From: Podarcis erhardii
Lineage: Eukaryota
DNA: 64,000 bases
Assembly: GCA_964252035.1 (NCBI GenBank)
Contig: OZ176202.1
Reading direction: 5' to 3' (one strand)
Below the pieces are notes generated by a model. That model had not been told where the DNA came from. It ran no database searches and saw only the letters and a program-made list of their open reading frames with translations. A program made the translations under genes and the position numbers. Below, piece after piece: positions 22,906 to 34,188 of the stretch (the first letter of the stretch is position 1; every line of letters starts with the position of its first letter).

Positions 22906-24883
22906 CTTCAATTTACTTAAATGCTGGAAACCATCTGCCTTGCAATAAATGGGATTTGGTTCATTTGCAGTGCTTTCCTCTTGCTGGATCACACTCATTG
23001 TCTCTCCACCCCCTACCATGTGCATGCTGCCATTATCAAGGCATTATCGTTTACAATACTGGAAAAGGAAGCTCTGGATGGAAACTTGTAGGCCCAGATC
23101 AACTAGCTATTAATTTGGAACAATTTAAAAACAAAACAAGAGTTTTAGATGCTATTATGGTGTCACAGGAATTGAGAGGAATAGAAGATGAAATTACCAG
23201 CCATTTGTCAATCAAATTTTGTTGGCCAGAAGTATTCCTGCAAATGCACCAGAATGAAATTTGCATTTGTGAATAAACCACCTGAGCCAAATTCTAAGGC
23301 CTGAGGCAGTTTTATCTGTATAATAAAGATTTCATTGCCCCCCTCCTTTAATAGAAAATGTGGAGCAGAAAATGAATATAAAATGGTACATTTATGACAG
23401 CCAACATGATTGATTGGAAGAAAGTAATAGATGCTAGTTTCATTCTAATTTCCTCCTTCCACAGAAAAACCAATGACCCAGAAATGTGTAATAAATTAGC
23501 CAATTATCCCCAGATGTCAGGCTCTGCAAATGATGTAATCATGGAATTTTACAAATCAGAACTGTCCAAAAGAGTAGTACGTCTTCCTGATTAAAATGTC
23601 AGCATAAAGTACAGTTTCTCACTTCAATTTCCTCCGCTAAAATCAGCTTCTGTAATGGTGCAATATAATAATTAAATGAGTAGCAAACCTCACATGATAG
23701 TCAACAGAAATTCAAATTATTTTTTTTTCAGAGGTTTCAGGTGAAAATTAAATGTCCTAGTAAAGCTCAGCCAATGTGGTTGCAAAATGTGCTGCAAAGT
23801 GCCCTCTCAGCTGCTCAAATAGATAGAAACTATCCTACACAGCATATTCCCATGCATGTCTACTCAGACACAAGTCCTGCTGAAGAAGGGACTACTCAGT
23901 AAGTGTGCATAGGCTGAAATTCTATACTCACTTACCTGGACTTACTTTTGAGTAGTCATGTATAGGGTTATGCTATTAAAAGCCTACATATCATACAGAA
24001 TTTGAGAAGACAAAGTTATGTCTCACTGACAGGTAAAAGGCCCATATTTGAAAAAGAATTGAGAATTATCGTAGAGATCTGCAGTCATCTCCAATAATGA
24101 ACATATCCCAGAGATTTGGAAGTTGTTGTTGTTTTTAATATGAAAGATAAACAGGTTTCCCAAAAGAACTGACACCACAGTGTGGATCTGACTGATCCCA
24201 AGGGTATGTCAATTTACAAGTTGGTATTACGTTATGAACGACTACTAGATAAACAGCTGTTAAAGCTCATTAACTGGAAAGCTATAAATTGGTCATATGG
24301 CTTTATTTTCAAATGATGGTGGATAGAGGGTGTATAACTAGCCAACATTGACCTTGATTTTGAGCCCTAGATAGCACGGTCAATGGTTAGGGATAACGAA
24401 AGCTGTAGTCTAGAAGGGATCATGTAGACAGTGTGTTGATTAAGGCCTCACCAAGAGGTGGCTGGGCTGTACACAGATAAAAATGATGAGCAACATTCTC
24501 AAAAATAAAATCACTCCAATACATTTTTATACCCTGCTTTAGCTATTTTCATCTGCAGGCATTCAGAGGTGGAACAGTGTAGTGGTCATAGTTTATTGCC
24601 TATTTTCAGATGTATTTTCCTTAATAATATCTTATTGTTCAAGTGGTTAAATTGGGCTTGTGACTCAGAGTGGTTCATTGCACTTCTGATGTGAAGACTG
24701 CCCGTAGCCCGCTGTGTTTTTATTCATTTATTCATTAATTATTTCATTAATTAATTAATTTATGAAATGCTTCTTATGAAGCAATTGCACAGTACAATAA
24801 AATGTATCTAAAACAATTACATATACCAAAACATTTAAAAACATTTATAGTGCTGCAGCAATAAAACTGCTAGCACATTTGCA

Positions 24884-24928
24884 AAGCTAAGCAGGGTCTG
24901 GTATGGTTTCAGACTGGATGAAGGACCG
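24884..24928 (+). mobile_element. 5S rRNA-derived segment (SINE3-type head fragment)
   Basis: AAGCTAAGCAGGGTC is identical to 5S rRNA box A; tggtt, tggatg and gaccg are co-linear with 5S. Not a full 5S gene. Confidence 0.6.
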
Positions 24929-25012
24929 TATGCTCAGATTTATGCATTGCAGTGGGGTTGGACTAGATGACTCCCGGGATCCCTTCTAACTCTACAACTT
25001 TATGATTCTATG
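24929..25012 (+). mobile_element. CR1 3' tail
   Basis: gcattgcagtggggttggactagatgac...ctctacaactttatgattctatg. Confidence 0.85.
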
Positions 25013-25059
25013 AGAAGTAATTTCTAACCCAAATGATACTGTCTGAGATAAAAAAAAAC

Positions 25060-25190
25060 CTCCACTTACAAGGCTTGTTGAAAGGAGAAAGTTTTCAACA
25101 GATGCTAAATACACAACAGAGACAGTGCCTGCCTGGTATGTAATGGGAGGGAGTTCCAAAGGCTAGGTGCTAAAGGCTCAAATCCAATAT
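25060..25190 (-). mobile_element. Old L2 fragment
   Basis: gtgcctgcctgg...gggagggagttccaaagg is the reverse of the L2 ORF2 terminal LWNSLP region. Confidence 0.55.
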
Positions 25191-25200
25191 CATGCTGCCA

Positions 25201-25324
25201 GCGCTTGATTTCCATTCTCATCCTGGGGCAAAGTTCGCAACCCAAGGTAACTACTTGCGGGTTAGCGGAGTTTGTAACCCAAAGAGTTTGTAACCTGAAG
25301 CGTTTGTAACCCGAGGTACCACTG
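25201..25324. mobile_element. Family A MITE, one-ended fragment
   Basis: Right TIR gtaacccgaggtaccactg-TA present; the left half is missing. Confidence 0.8.
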
Positions 25325-27214
25325 TACCTTAATTAGAAACTTGTATCAGTATGATAGAGGTTTTCAGATATCTACCAAGGAAAAGAAAAGCCACATTATG
25401 CTGCCCCTCCTTTATTACAGGATGATTTGGACTTTAAGTTCTACGGCTAAAGTGTTCAAGTCAAGCATCTGCTAATGATTAAGGCAAGTAGTAATTTTTG
25501 CTCCAAATATTTGACTCTGGACAAAGGTTGTACAAAAATAAAACAGGCCAGAATGAGAACTTGGATGTCAATTAAGAACAAAATTAACAGAGCATTATAG
25601 GTAGGTAAACAAAACGATCGTATTCTACCACTTCAAAGTGTTTGTCAGATATTTTACTATAAATAAGCTTTATTCTTTATGCCAATTGTATTTCATCTTT
25701 TTGTTTCATTCTGTTCAAGTTCTTGTTTTGTTTTAGAGTTCCTGCATAATTTCAGTGTTGCTGCCAGAGTCTAATGGGCAATTTCCTATAAATTTTCTTC
25801 CAGATGTTTATCATCTTCTACTGGAAAAGAGGATTTAAGTGTTTGCTTTGATATCTCAGGAATAGGAGTTAACAAAAATGATAACTACAGTTTCCCTTAT
25901 TGTTTTAGTATTAAATGTCTGAAAAAATAGCTTGAAGCATGAGAGAGGCAGATTTAAAATGAAAGGGAGCATTCAAAACATTAATAAAAAATAAAAACAA
26001 TTTTTAAAAAAAAAACACCACCCTGCTCCTATATAAGTTCCACAGTTTTATACAAAATTGTTTTGAACAGAATTGTATTTGCAACTTAAGAACATTCAGA
26101 TTCACATCGGCATTTGTCAAGGCAATTACCTGCAGTCAAGGTTATATGTACAAGAATGAATGCAAATATAGCCTGCTATCCAGTGCTAATTAGAATAGAC
26201 CCATTTAAATAATCAGACATGAGTAAGTTCATTAATTTCAGTGGGTTTACTATGTGTATGACTTGGTTGGATATCACCATAGTAACCAAATAGCAACTGT
26301 CCAGAAAAAGCTGCCATGACCTGCTCCTATGGCATTAGCAGTGGCGGTATTTGCAGAAAAATTAAGTAAAGGTTTTCACCTTGGATTGAATACAGTGGTG
26401 GATTTGAGCTAGCAGAAAGCACTGTTGTTTGGATGGCACTCAGTTATGGAAATCTTCCCGATATTCTGCAACCCTCCGTGAACGATATCCTGTGCTGTTG
26501 TTGGTCTCCCAACACCCATGAACCACTTTTTAAGGGGTAGCAGCAGGTAGGGACCGTGAGGGCTAGGGTGAGAGTGAACTTCCTAAGTGAATGGGGATTT
26601 GAACCCTGGGTCTCTGAGGCCCCAGTTCAACACTCTACTTACACATAGGCAAGTTATATCTCTATAGAGCCAATCTCACTTAAAGGCTGTAAAATGGATT
26701 CTTTTCCAGTTCCGAACCCTGAAATCTGTACCATGGCACGTGGCACAAAGCAGCTGTATAAAAACCTGAACATTTGCTTTTTTTTATAGTTATGCAGATA
26801 CTGTGATGATTGAAGTTCCTCCAACATATGCTGCCTGCCTGGCCTACATTGCTATAAACCTACACTATAAGGCACCCCCCATGGCACTCACACTATTAGT
26901 GTCATGTGTGAAAGTTCCCAGTGTGAACTGCAGCAAAGTTTTCGCATGGATTAATAGCGTTTGGGTACAGTCCAGTTTCAAATCCTTGTTTTGCCTTTAG
27001 GGGCTTTGCAGGCAGTGCTAAGTTAAGGGCACTAGGAAGGAGAGCTACAAACGTGATATAGCGGCAAGTAGGGAGAGAAAGAACCGAGGGGGTCTGAGAG
27101 GCCCGCCTGTGGCGCCAAGCGGGGAGGTTCACTCGGGGAGAAGGAGTTCGAGCTCTGCACTCTGTACATGCGCTTGTTTCCGGGCCCCGCCGGGATGTCG
27201 GCGCCAGAAGGCCG

Positions 27215-27228
27215 CCTCTAGGGGTCGC
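27215..27228 (+). promoter_or_regulatory. Possible CTCF motif
   Basis: CCTCTAGGGGTCGC versus consensus CCASYAGRKGGCRS (2 mismatches); motif match only. Confidence 0.3.
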
Positions 27229-27661
27229 TGGTGCGGCGAATAAAGGCCGCCTCTCGGGAACCAGAGAGGGAGAGAGGGAGGTGGGCGGGCGGGCTGAGGA
27301 GAAGGCGAGGAAGGTGGCGGCGGGGCTGAGGCCGAGAGACGCAAACAACTTTTTCGCAGCGAGTTGCAGGCACCGGCCCGTCGTGCATGAACTGTAACCT
27401 GACACTGGAGCGAAGAGAAAGGGAGCGAAGCAGCGGAGGAGGAGGAGGAGAAGGAGAAGAAGAAGAAGAAGCGGAGAAGAGGAAGCCCCGCCAAGGAGCC
27501 TCCGAGGGGGATGGTGGTTGCCGCCGCCTCCGCCTCCTCCAGCCGCTCCTAGGGGCGTCCGGCACCCAGGCGAAGCCGGCAATGGGCAGGAGGGAAGCCG
27601 CCTGAGCCTCCGGCGAACTTTCCCCCACCTTCACGCCGGGCAGTCGGAGCGGAGCAGGCGG

Positions 27662-27745
27662 ATGGAGGATGCGCTCTGCCCGGCGGGCTGTCTGAGCAGG
27701 AGGCGGCGGCGAAGGAAGCGACGGGGGCGCCGACGACGACGATGA
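27662..27745 (+). other. Upstream ORF MEDALCPAGCLSRRRRRRKRRGRRRRR*, with its stop overlapping the UST start
   Basis: ATG at 27662 and TGA at 27743-45, within cgATGAag. The ORF is certain from the sequence; its translation is not shown. Confidence 0.5.
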
Positions 27746-28021
27746 AGAAGCTGCTGCTTGCGCCGCCGCCGCCGCCGCCGCCGCGCTACAGCGCGGGTTT
27801 CCCGGAGCCCCGTCCTCATGTGGCCCCGCCGCCCGCCGCGGGGGCTCCCGGGCAGGGAGCGGGCTGGCGGCGGCGGAGGCCCCTCTCGCTGCTGCCCTTC
27901 CTCTCCCTGCGCGACTACGGCTTCTGCATGGCCGCCTTGCTGCTCTTCTGCCTGGGCTCCCTCTTCTACCAGCTCAACGGGGGCGCCCCTCGCTTTCTGC
28001 TGGACCTGAGGCACTATCTGG
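27742..28021 (+). CDS. UST: Uronyl 2-O-sulfotransferase, coding part of exon 1 (93 codons + 1 nt; type II membrane anchor)
   Basis: LLPFLSLRDYGFCMAALLLFCLGSLFYQLNGGAPRFLLDLRHYLG closely matches my recollection of human UST (SLRDYGFCMATLLVFCLGSLLYQLSGGPPRFLLDLRQYLG). Donor G|GTAAGG at 28022, phase 1. Kozak context with A at -3. Confidence 0.93.
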
Positions 28022-29583
28022 GTAAGGAGGGCGCAGGGGAGGGAGGGGGGCTGCTGCTGCCCCAGGAAGGAGGAGGACTCCGGGTAAAGGGGGGGGGTTG
28101 GGGGTGAAGAGCAAACCGGTAGCGCCTCGTGGGCTTGTGTGGCGAGTTGTGAAGCGAGCCGTCTTCGTTCAGGGGTCTGGCTTCTCCCCACCCTTGCTGG
28201 GCGGTGTGTGTGCTATAGTTCTCTAAAGTTGGTGGTGCTGCCCGCTGTCAGGAGACATCCAACCAACTTAATTGGCGTCTTTACCATTCTGCCTAGTGAA
28301 AGGGTCTAAGTTCTACTAGTAAGGGTTGGAGGGGCGTTTGTTCCCAACACACAGACATGCAAGAGCAAGTGGCATGTTTTTCCTCACTAGGGAAGCGTTG
28401 CCGCCTTACCGAGTAGCTATGCGCCTACAGCGGTCGGTTGCGTTGGTAAATGGTCGCATTTGAATCGAAATGTTTGGAAACTTTTGCAGCTGGGAAGAGT
28501 GGCTTGGAGTATTTCGGTTGCATGCCCCTTCGTCCCTCTCGTATTCCATTAGACCATATGAAGGAGAAAGTGGAGGTCCCTTTTATTATAGCTGCTGCTG
28601 CTAATAGTACAGAAAACGATGCTTTTGATAAAGGCATTGAAAGGTCACTTGCTTTGCAGTTATATGCCGGTAGTCTGGCAGTGTCAAGTCCTGGGATGAG
28701 GAACCCTGGCCCTCCAGCTGTCGGACTGCAACCCTCATAATAACATGGCCAGCAGTCAGACAAGGGGGTAGGTGGGAGTTTTAGTCCAACAGCGCCTGCA
28801 CCGGTTCCACAGCTCTGGTTCAGTCCAGCATGCAAGTCCTGAGGTAAGAGTAAGATATACTCCAGACATTCACTGCAGATGCCTGCCTAGCCTTTTAATT
28901 CAAGGCAGCAAGTTCCATTGTCTCCTTAGGCATGTTCTACTGACAAACTGCTCTTCTAGAACAAAATACTTCCTCCAGCATTCGGTATAAAAGTTCTCCC
29001 CATCTGCCCCCCTATAGTCTTTTAAATGCTTGAAAATTGTCATTGGTGATTTCCTCCCCGCCCCCTAGCCTAAATGAACCCATTTCTTTAGCAGGAGCAG
29101 CTGGCATGTTTGTTCATTTGCATTCTTCTTATCTTCCATGTGGGGACTTTCTATTTGAGTGTTGGAGGAGCTGCCTGCATGTGTGTTGGAGAAAGGAGGA
29201 GGAGGAGGGTGTCCTTAAGGTCACCCTTGGCCTGACCACAAAATTAATCATTGTGGTTCACAGCCATTCCCAGTGGTAAAATAAATGTGAGCTGTGGACT
29301 GACAGTTAAAATTAAGAGACTGCTGGCTATTCAAATGACAGTATTGCTGGATTAAGTTGGCTACAATGAATATTAAAAAAAGAATTTTACAAGAGCACAG
29401 TGAAAGGTGGTGAGCACAACATATTACAATTGGGCTGAACTGGCTATAGCAGGACAGCAGCTACATTGCTGCTTCATTTCTTCTCCAACATGAGCTCTCA
29501 TATATTTATTAAGGAATATTTTGCACATAGCAGCTTCCTGGGATTTTACTTATGTGTAAACAAGCCTTCTGTATGCTACTTGA

Positions 29584-29790
29584 CTTATTACATTTGTTTC
29601 CCACATTTTCTTTAATGGGTCATACATGGTTTCCCCATTCTCCATTTTACCGTCACAAAAACCCTGTGAGGTAGGCTACTTGTGAGAGATGGGCCCAAGC
29701 TCACCCACCTAGCTTCATGGCCAAGTGGGGATTTGATCTCTGGTCTTCCGAGTTCTAGTTCAACATTCTAACTGCCAACACCACACTGGT
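29584..29790 (-). mobile_element. Squam3/MIR-like tRNA SINE, degenerate
   Basis: Same architecture as 4122-4340; a head-only fragment also lies near 26585-26650. Confidence 0.7.
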
Positions 29791-31301
29791 GCTTTTTAAC
29801 TGTATCACTGGCACGTGCATTGAGAAGATGCAGACACATCACAGTTTATATGGTTCTTTCTTTCTGAAATTTATTTTAGAAAATCTCTGCATTTTAAATA
29901 GTCCTTCAAAACCTTACATGCCCAGCTTTCAACTGCTCACTTCCTTTCTCTTTGCCATGCTTTCTCTTGCATTTTGTTGTTGGGCTTCCTTGCAAATCTT
30001 GTGTCTACCACCCTGCATTGTAATGGGTAGCACAATCCTAACCCTCAAACTGCTCTGCTGGAGGAAATTGGAATGTGGTTGCAGTTTCTGAGGGTGGGGG
30101 GAAGGTGGTGTGTCCACTGAAAGCATAGGTGGAACCTATCAGTGGTGGTATTGACATTGGCGGTAGCCAGTGTAAATCCTCAAAATGGGTTGTTTCAGGG
30201 AGCAGAAGGGGGGTGAGCTGGGCTGGCCAAGGGTCTGCTGGAACATAATCCAATCCTGTTATTTGCAAGGGTGTGGAGCATGATCCAGGCTTCTCTGCTG
30301 TTCCAGCCCAGTGTTGGTACAGCAAATTTTGGAGGCAATTTTACTGCCCTCCCCCTACTTTCTGCCTTGACCCGCACAAGTGGCAGGGCTACAGTTGCAA
30401 TTGTGGCTCTGCTATTCTGTTAATTAACTATGGCTGGGAGGTAGGATTGCTCTGAGTTAATATAGACACCATTGTGTCTTCACAGTATGTATATATAACA
30501 CACCCCACTATCTTCTATCTTCATTTCGAATTCCAGTAGCCTCTGTTTCACTTTCAGCTCCATTTACTGATAGTTGTTTTGTATGTGCCCATGTTGTAGT
30601 ACCTATTTCTGAATTACTTTATTCTCAATAGGGTTGTTTGTGTTTTATTTTATTGAAAGTATTTATGAATTGCCTTTCTGCTCCCAAGGTGATCTAACAG
30701 TAATTAAAAATGACAATCTAGGTAAACACCAATTAAAATGATTAAAGCTTCTCTTTATTTGTTGCCCCAAATTGTGACTTTTGGTAGTTTCCAAGTCACT
30801 GTGCCTCCTGAATGCATTTAACACTGAAGACTTTATTGAAGGAATGTGAATCTCTCTAAAGTATGTGGCTGGGAAAACCACAGGGGGTTGCAGGGACTGA
30901 ACTTCTAGTTTCCTGAAACAGAAATAAGTGATACCCAATCAAAACAGTGCAATCCAGACTTCTGGCTTGAAGACTGCAAGCAAAAGAGTTGGGAGCAGGG
31001 CAGGGGGGAAGAAGGGATTATGAAATACTTGGAAGTAAAAATGTGCTTTGGGTTTTCTTCTGGTTTTGTGCAATGAAACGGCAACATACTGTGCTAATTG
31101 GTAATAAGAAGCAAGAAAACAGAATGGTGATCAGTTAAAATCAGGAAATGGGAATTGGCATTGAAATAAGATGTATTCTGTAATGTCAGTCTGAAACATG
31201 TTGGTTCCAAAACTATTTTAAAAGCTGCATAGTAGAAGCATAACATTTTGTTGCACAGGTGAAAGCAATATATCAGTGATGCAAGCTGTAGAAATTCAAA
31301 T

Positions 31302-31346
31302 TTATAGAATTGTAGAGTTGGAAGGGAACCTGAGTGTCATCTAGTT
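31302..31346 (-). mobile_element. CR1 3' tail
   Basis: atagaattgtagagttggaagggaacc...gtcatctagt. Confidence 0.8.
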
Positions 31347-32412
31347 AAGTATGTCTCTCCCCCCTCCATTTTTAGCTGACATGCAGACAGTTGGAGCTTA
31401 GGATGCAAGTTATAAACACTAACAAACAAACTTAAATTTGAATTGAGCCTAGCTAATTTAGGCAATAAATTGGTTGCTGGATGTGGTCAGAAATTTAATT
31501 CTGGTAACCAGTGGGGAAACCTCACAGGAGTAATGAAAGGCAAACAGCAGAGCAGGCTGTGTCTTTTGTGAGGTGTGTACATGTCCATGAATGCTGAAGG
31601 TTGGAAGAGAGAGGCTGCAACATATACATCTTATTCCCTGCAAAATCTTCACTTTGCTTCTGCAGAGAGAGCGCCTCATTGGCTGCCAGGCCCAAATTGT
31701 CCTTGGTATGAAAATTATTAAATCTCACTCTGAAAGGGGCTGCTTGTTTCCAGCTTCCTACAAGTGACCTCTGTGGAGGGCCATGAGGCCATAATTATTT
31801 AAGGCCCAACAAGATGTGCATCATGTACATGCATCGGTTCATACATACCAGCATTTGGTGCTTTACTCTTTGTTCCTTGTATAAATCACATGATTCCTAC
31901 ATCTATGAAACCCTATGTGAAGTGTCTGTTTTTTGGGATGGTATGTACATTTTTGTTCTCTCACTGCCTTCCTGAGTTTGCAGAGATGTGTATTGTTCAT
32001 CTGAGGTCATACTTGGAAGTTGTCAAGTTGTAGTATGCATCAGTCCTCTATAGATTTCTCTGTACTATTATTTTGGTAAAGGAAAAAAAACTTTGATTCA
32101 GTCTGTTACTATAGGTCCTTTCACCTGCCTTAAATAGAGCAGTAAGAGTTTGCTGAATAAAAAATATGCATATTCAAATCACAGATACAGGAGAAAAAGT
32201 GCATTCTTGCCCCCAGTCACCTATAGGATTTCATATTCTTGCCTGAAGGTAAGGGTTTGTCCCTCACTTATGTGTTACTTAAAAGAGAGACATATTAAAC
32301 GTCCACAGTACTCTCGAAAGCAGGCTTTAGATGATCTGAAAACTACAAGGACTGATTTTCTGTTAGTTGCACAGTGTAAGAACAGTGTCTTCTGTCTGTT
32401 TGTTTTTAACCA

Positions 32413-32641
32413 CAGTGGTACCTCGGGTTACAGATGCTTCAGGTTACAGACTCCGCTAACCCAGAAATAGTACCTAAGGTTAAGAACTTTGCTTCAGGAT
32501 GAGAACAGAAATCGCACGGCGGCGGCACAGCAGCAGCAGCAGGAGGCCCCATTAGCTAAAGTGGTACCTCAGGTTAAGAACAGTTTCAGGTTAAGAATGG
32601 ACCTCCAGAAATAATTAAGTTCTTAACCAGAGGTACCACTG
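32413..32641. mobile_element. Family A MITE with CA/CA flanks
   Basis: CA-CAGTGGTACCTC...GAGGTACCACTG-CA. Confidence 0.95.
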
Positions 32642-34188
32642 CATCTTGATCCTTGTTGGACTTCTTCTTCTTCTTCATGGAAATTCATTCTGTGGAAACT
32701 GATGGTTGAAGTTAGTTATACCTGTAAGGAAATCTCTTCCCTTCACTTTTTGTAGATGCATTTTTATCCTGTACGGTTGTTAGAGAAGAAAATTTAAGAC
32801 ACTAGGAAGCTAGAGGCTTTAAAACTCCAGCTTTAAATGTGAGTAATACATTACAATCAGTTGCTCCAATCAAGGAGTCATTGAGAAATAAGTTTACAAC
32901 CCCTTCAGAAAGATATCTAGGGTGAGAAGAGCTGCAGCAAATTTTCACTGCCCAAAGCATGTTGTCATTTTCTGCTTTTTCTGTGCTGAACCTCTTTTCG
33001 GGTTGATTAATTTCTCTGTACTGTATATCTGGGGGAATTCTAGGGTTACATTTCAAAGCATTATTTATTGGAGGTGTCAGATATATATAAAAGTGACTAA
33101 AACCACTTGCGCTGTACAATTAAATTGAAACAAACTCTGCCTATAGGCTTCCAGTTCAATCAGCCTTAAGAATGCACCCCACTTAGTCCACATATATTTG
33201 CATGCCAAAAGATACTGTAAGTGAGTAGTTGTGCACACATAATCTGCAGGAAGTAATTACGCAATAGAAACATCTGTTCAGAAGCAGATAGTGATTGTAG
33301 ATTTTAGACTAAAGAAGTGTTTGGGGAGGGAGGGAATGCCTAGCTCTTTATGTGCCTGCCTTCTGTTTCACTGCTTGACATCCCCCCTCCCAAGTGTACA
33401 AACCACACATTTGAAATCACTTATGACTGCTGATGGAATTGGCCAGAAAAAGCATTGGGTCTGAAAAGAGTCATTTCTCTGATCTAAATTCTCCCTTCCC
33501 CAAATGGCTTTTCTTTTTTAATGTGTTGTGGTACTGTTGTCATATAATGTGTAGGAAGCTCTTTAGTTTTCTTGGCACTTCAATTTCTCTAAGTACGGAG
33601 TAGTAAAGATGTGCATCCAACCTGCAGTACACCAAAACTGCTTTCTCCGGTGTATGCCTTTTTATGCTCCTCCCGGTTGACATTAGAATTTTTATATTTA
33701 AAGTTATTTTGGTTGTATTTTGCTCAGCTGTGCCTGTTTAAGCAAGAAGAGATGTACCGTAATTACCTTATAAACAGCGTGGCACTCCAGACACCTTTAC
33801 ATTTATATGGCATGATTTTCTCTGCCACCTTGGGCAGTGAGTTTGTGTTAGCTACATTCCTCTCCTGCTGTACCTTTTATTTCTCCTGTAACCCGTTTCA
33901 CTATTTTTCCCATTTTACTCAGGTTTTTGCTTTCCTATCACTTCCTTTGTCTGGCTGCTTGCTCTTGTCACCTACTGCCCCCACCCCCACCGTTATCTAT
34001 TGCATGGGCTGGAGTGTAGAAGAGGTGCCCTGGTGGGTTATCAGGCTCACACAATTGTTTATATTTCTTTTAAAAACCTATGGAACATAAGGGGGGAAAT
34101 GGAATAGCTATAGAAGATTTAAATTTAAAGCAGCTTGGGAAGTAGTGCCAAATGTTACCAGGCAACATCATTATATAAATAATACTTG

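Larger units (their letters stand above)
27050..28170 (+). promoter_or_regulatory. UST: CpG island / UST promoter, 5' UTR and exon 1
   Basis: Abrupt rise in GC and CpG content. GC boxes at 27283-27294 and 27319-27326. No obvious TATA. TSS not determinable from sequence alone. Confidence 0.9.

Noticed and set aside
22956-23594. Protein-like ORFs and a strong + strand acceptor (ttctaatttcctccttccacag, about 23463); a similar acceptor at about 9539
   Set aside because: No matching strong donor or recognisable protein; cannot be supported without RNA data.
28022-28107. Read-through of the UST ORF to 121 aa
   Set aside because: The strong GTAAGG donor coincides with the end of homology; the extension is G-run intron sequence.
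26902-28191. Long minus-strand ORFs over the CpG island (226, 138, 121 and 186 aa)
   Set aside because: Low-complexity products of GC-rich, stop-poor DNA antisense to UST exon 1; no recognisable domain.
28450-28740. 96-aa ATG-initiated ORF early in intron 1
   Set aside because: No recognisable homology, T at -3, and a length compatible with chance.
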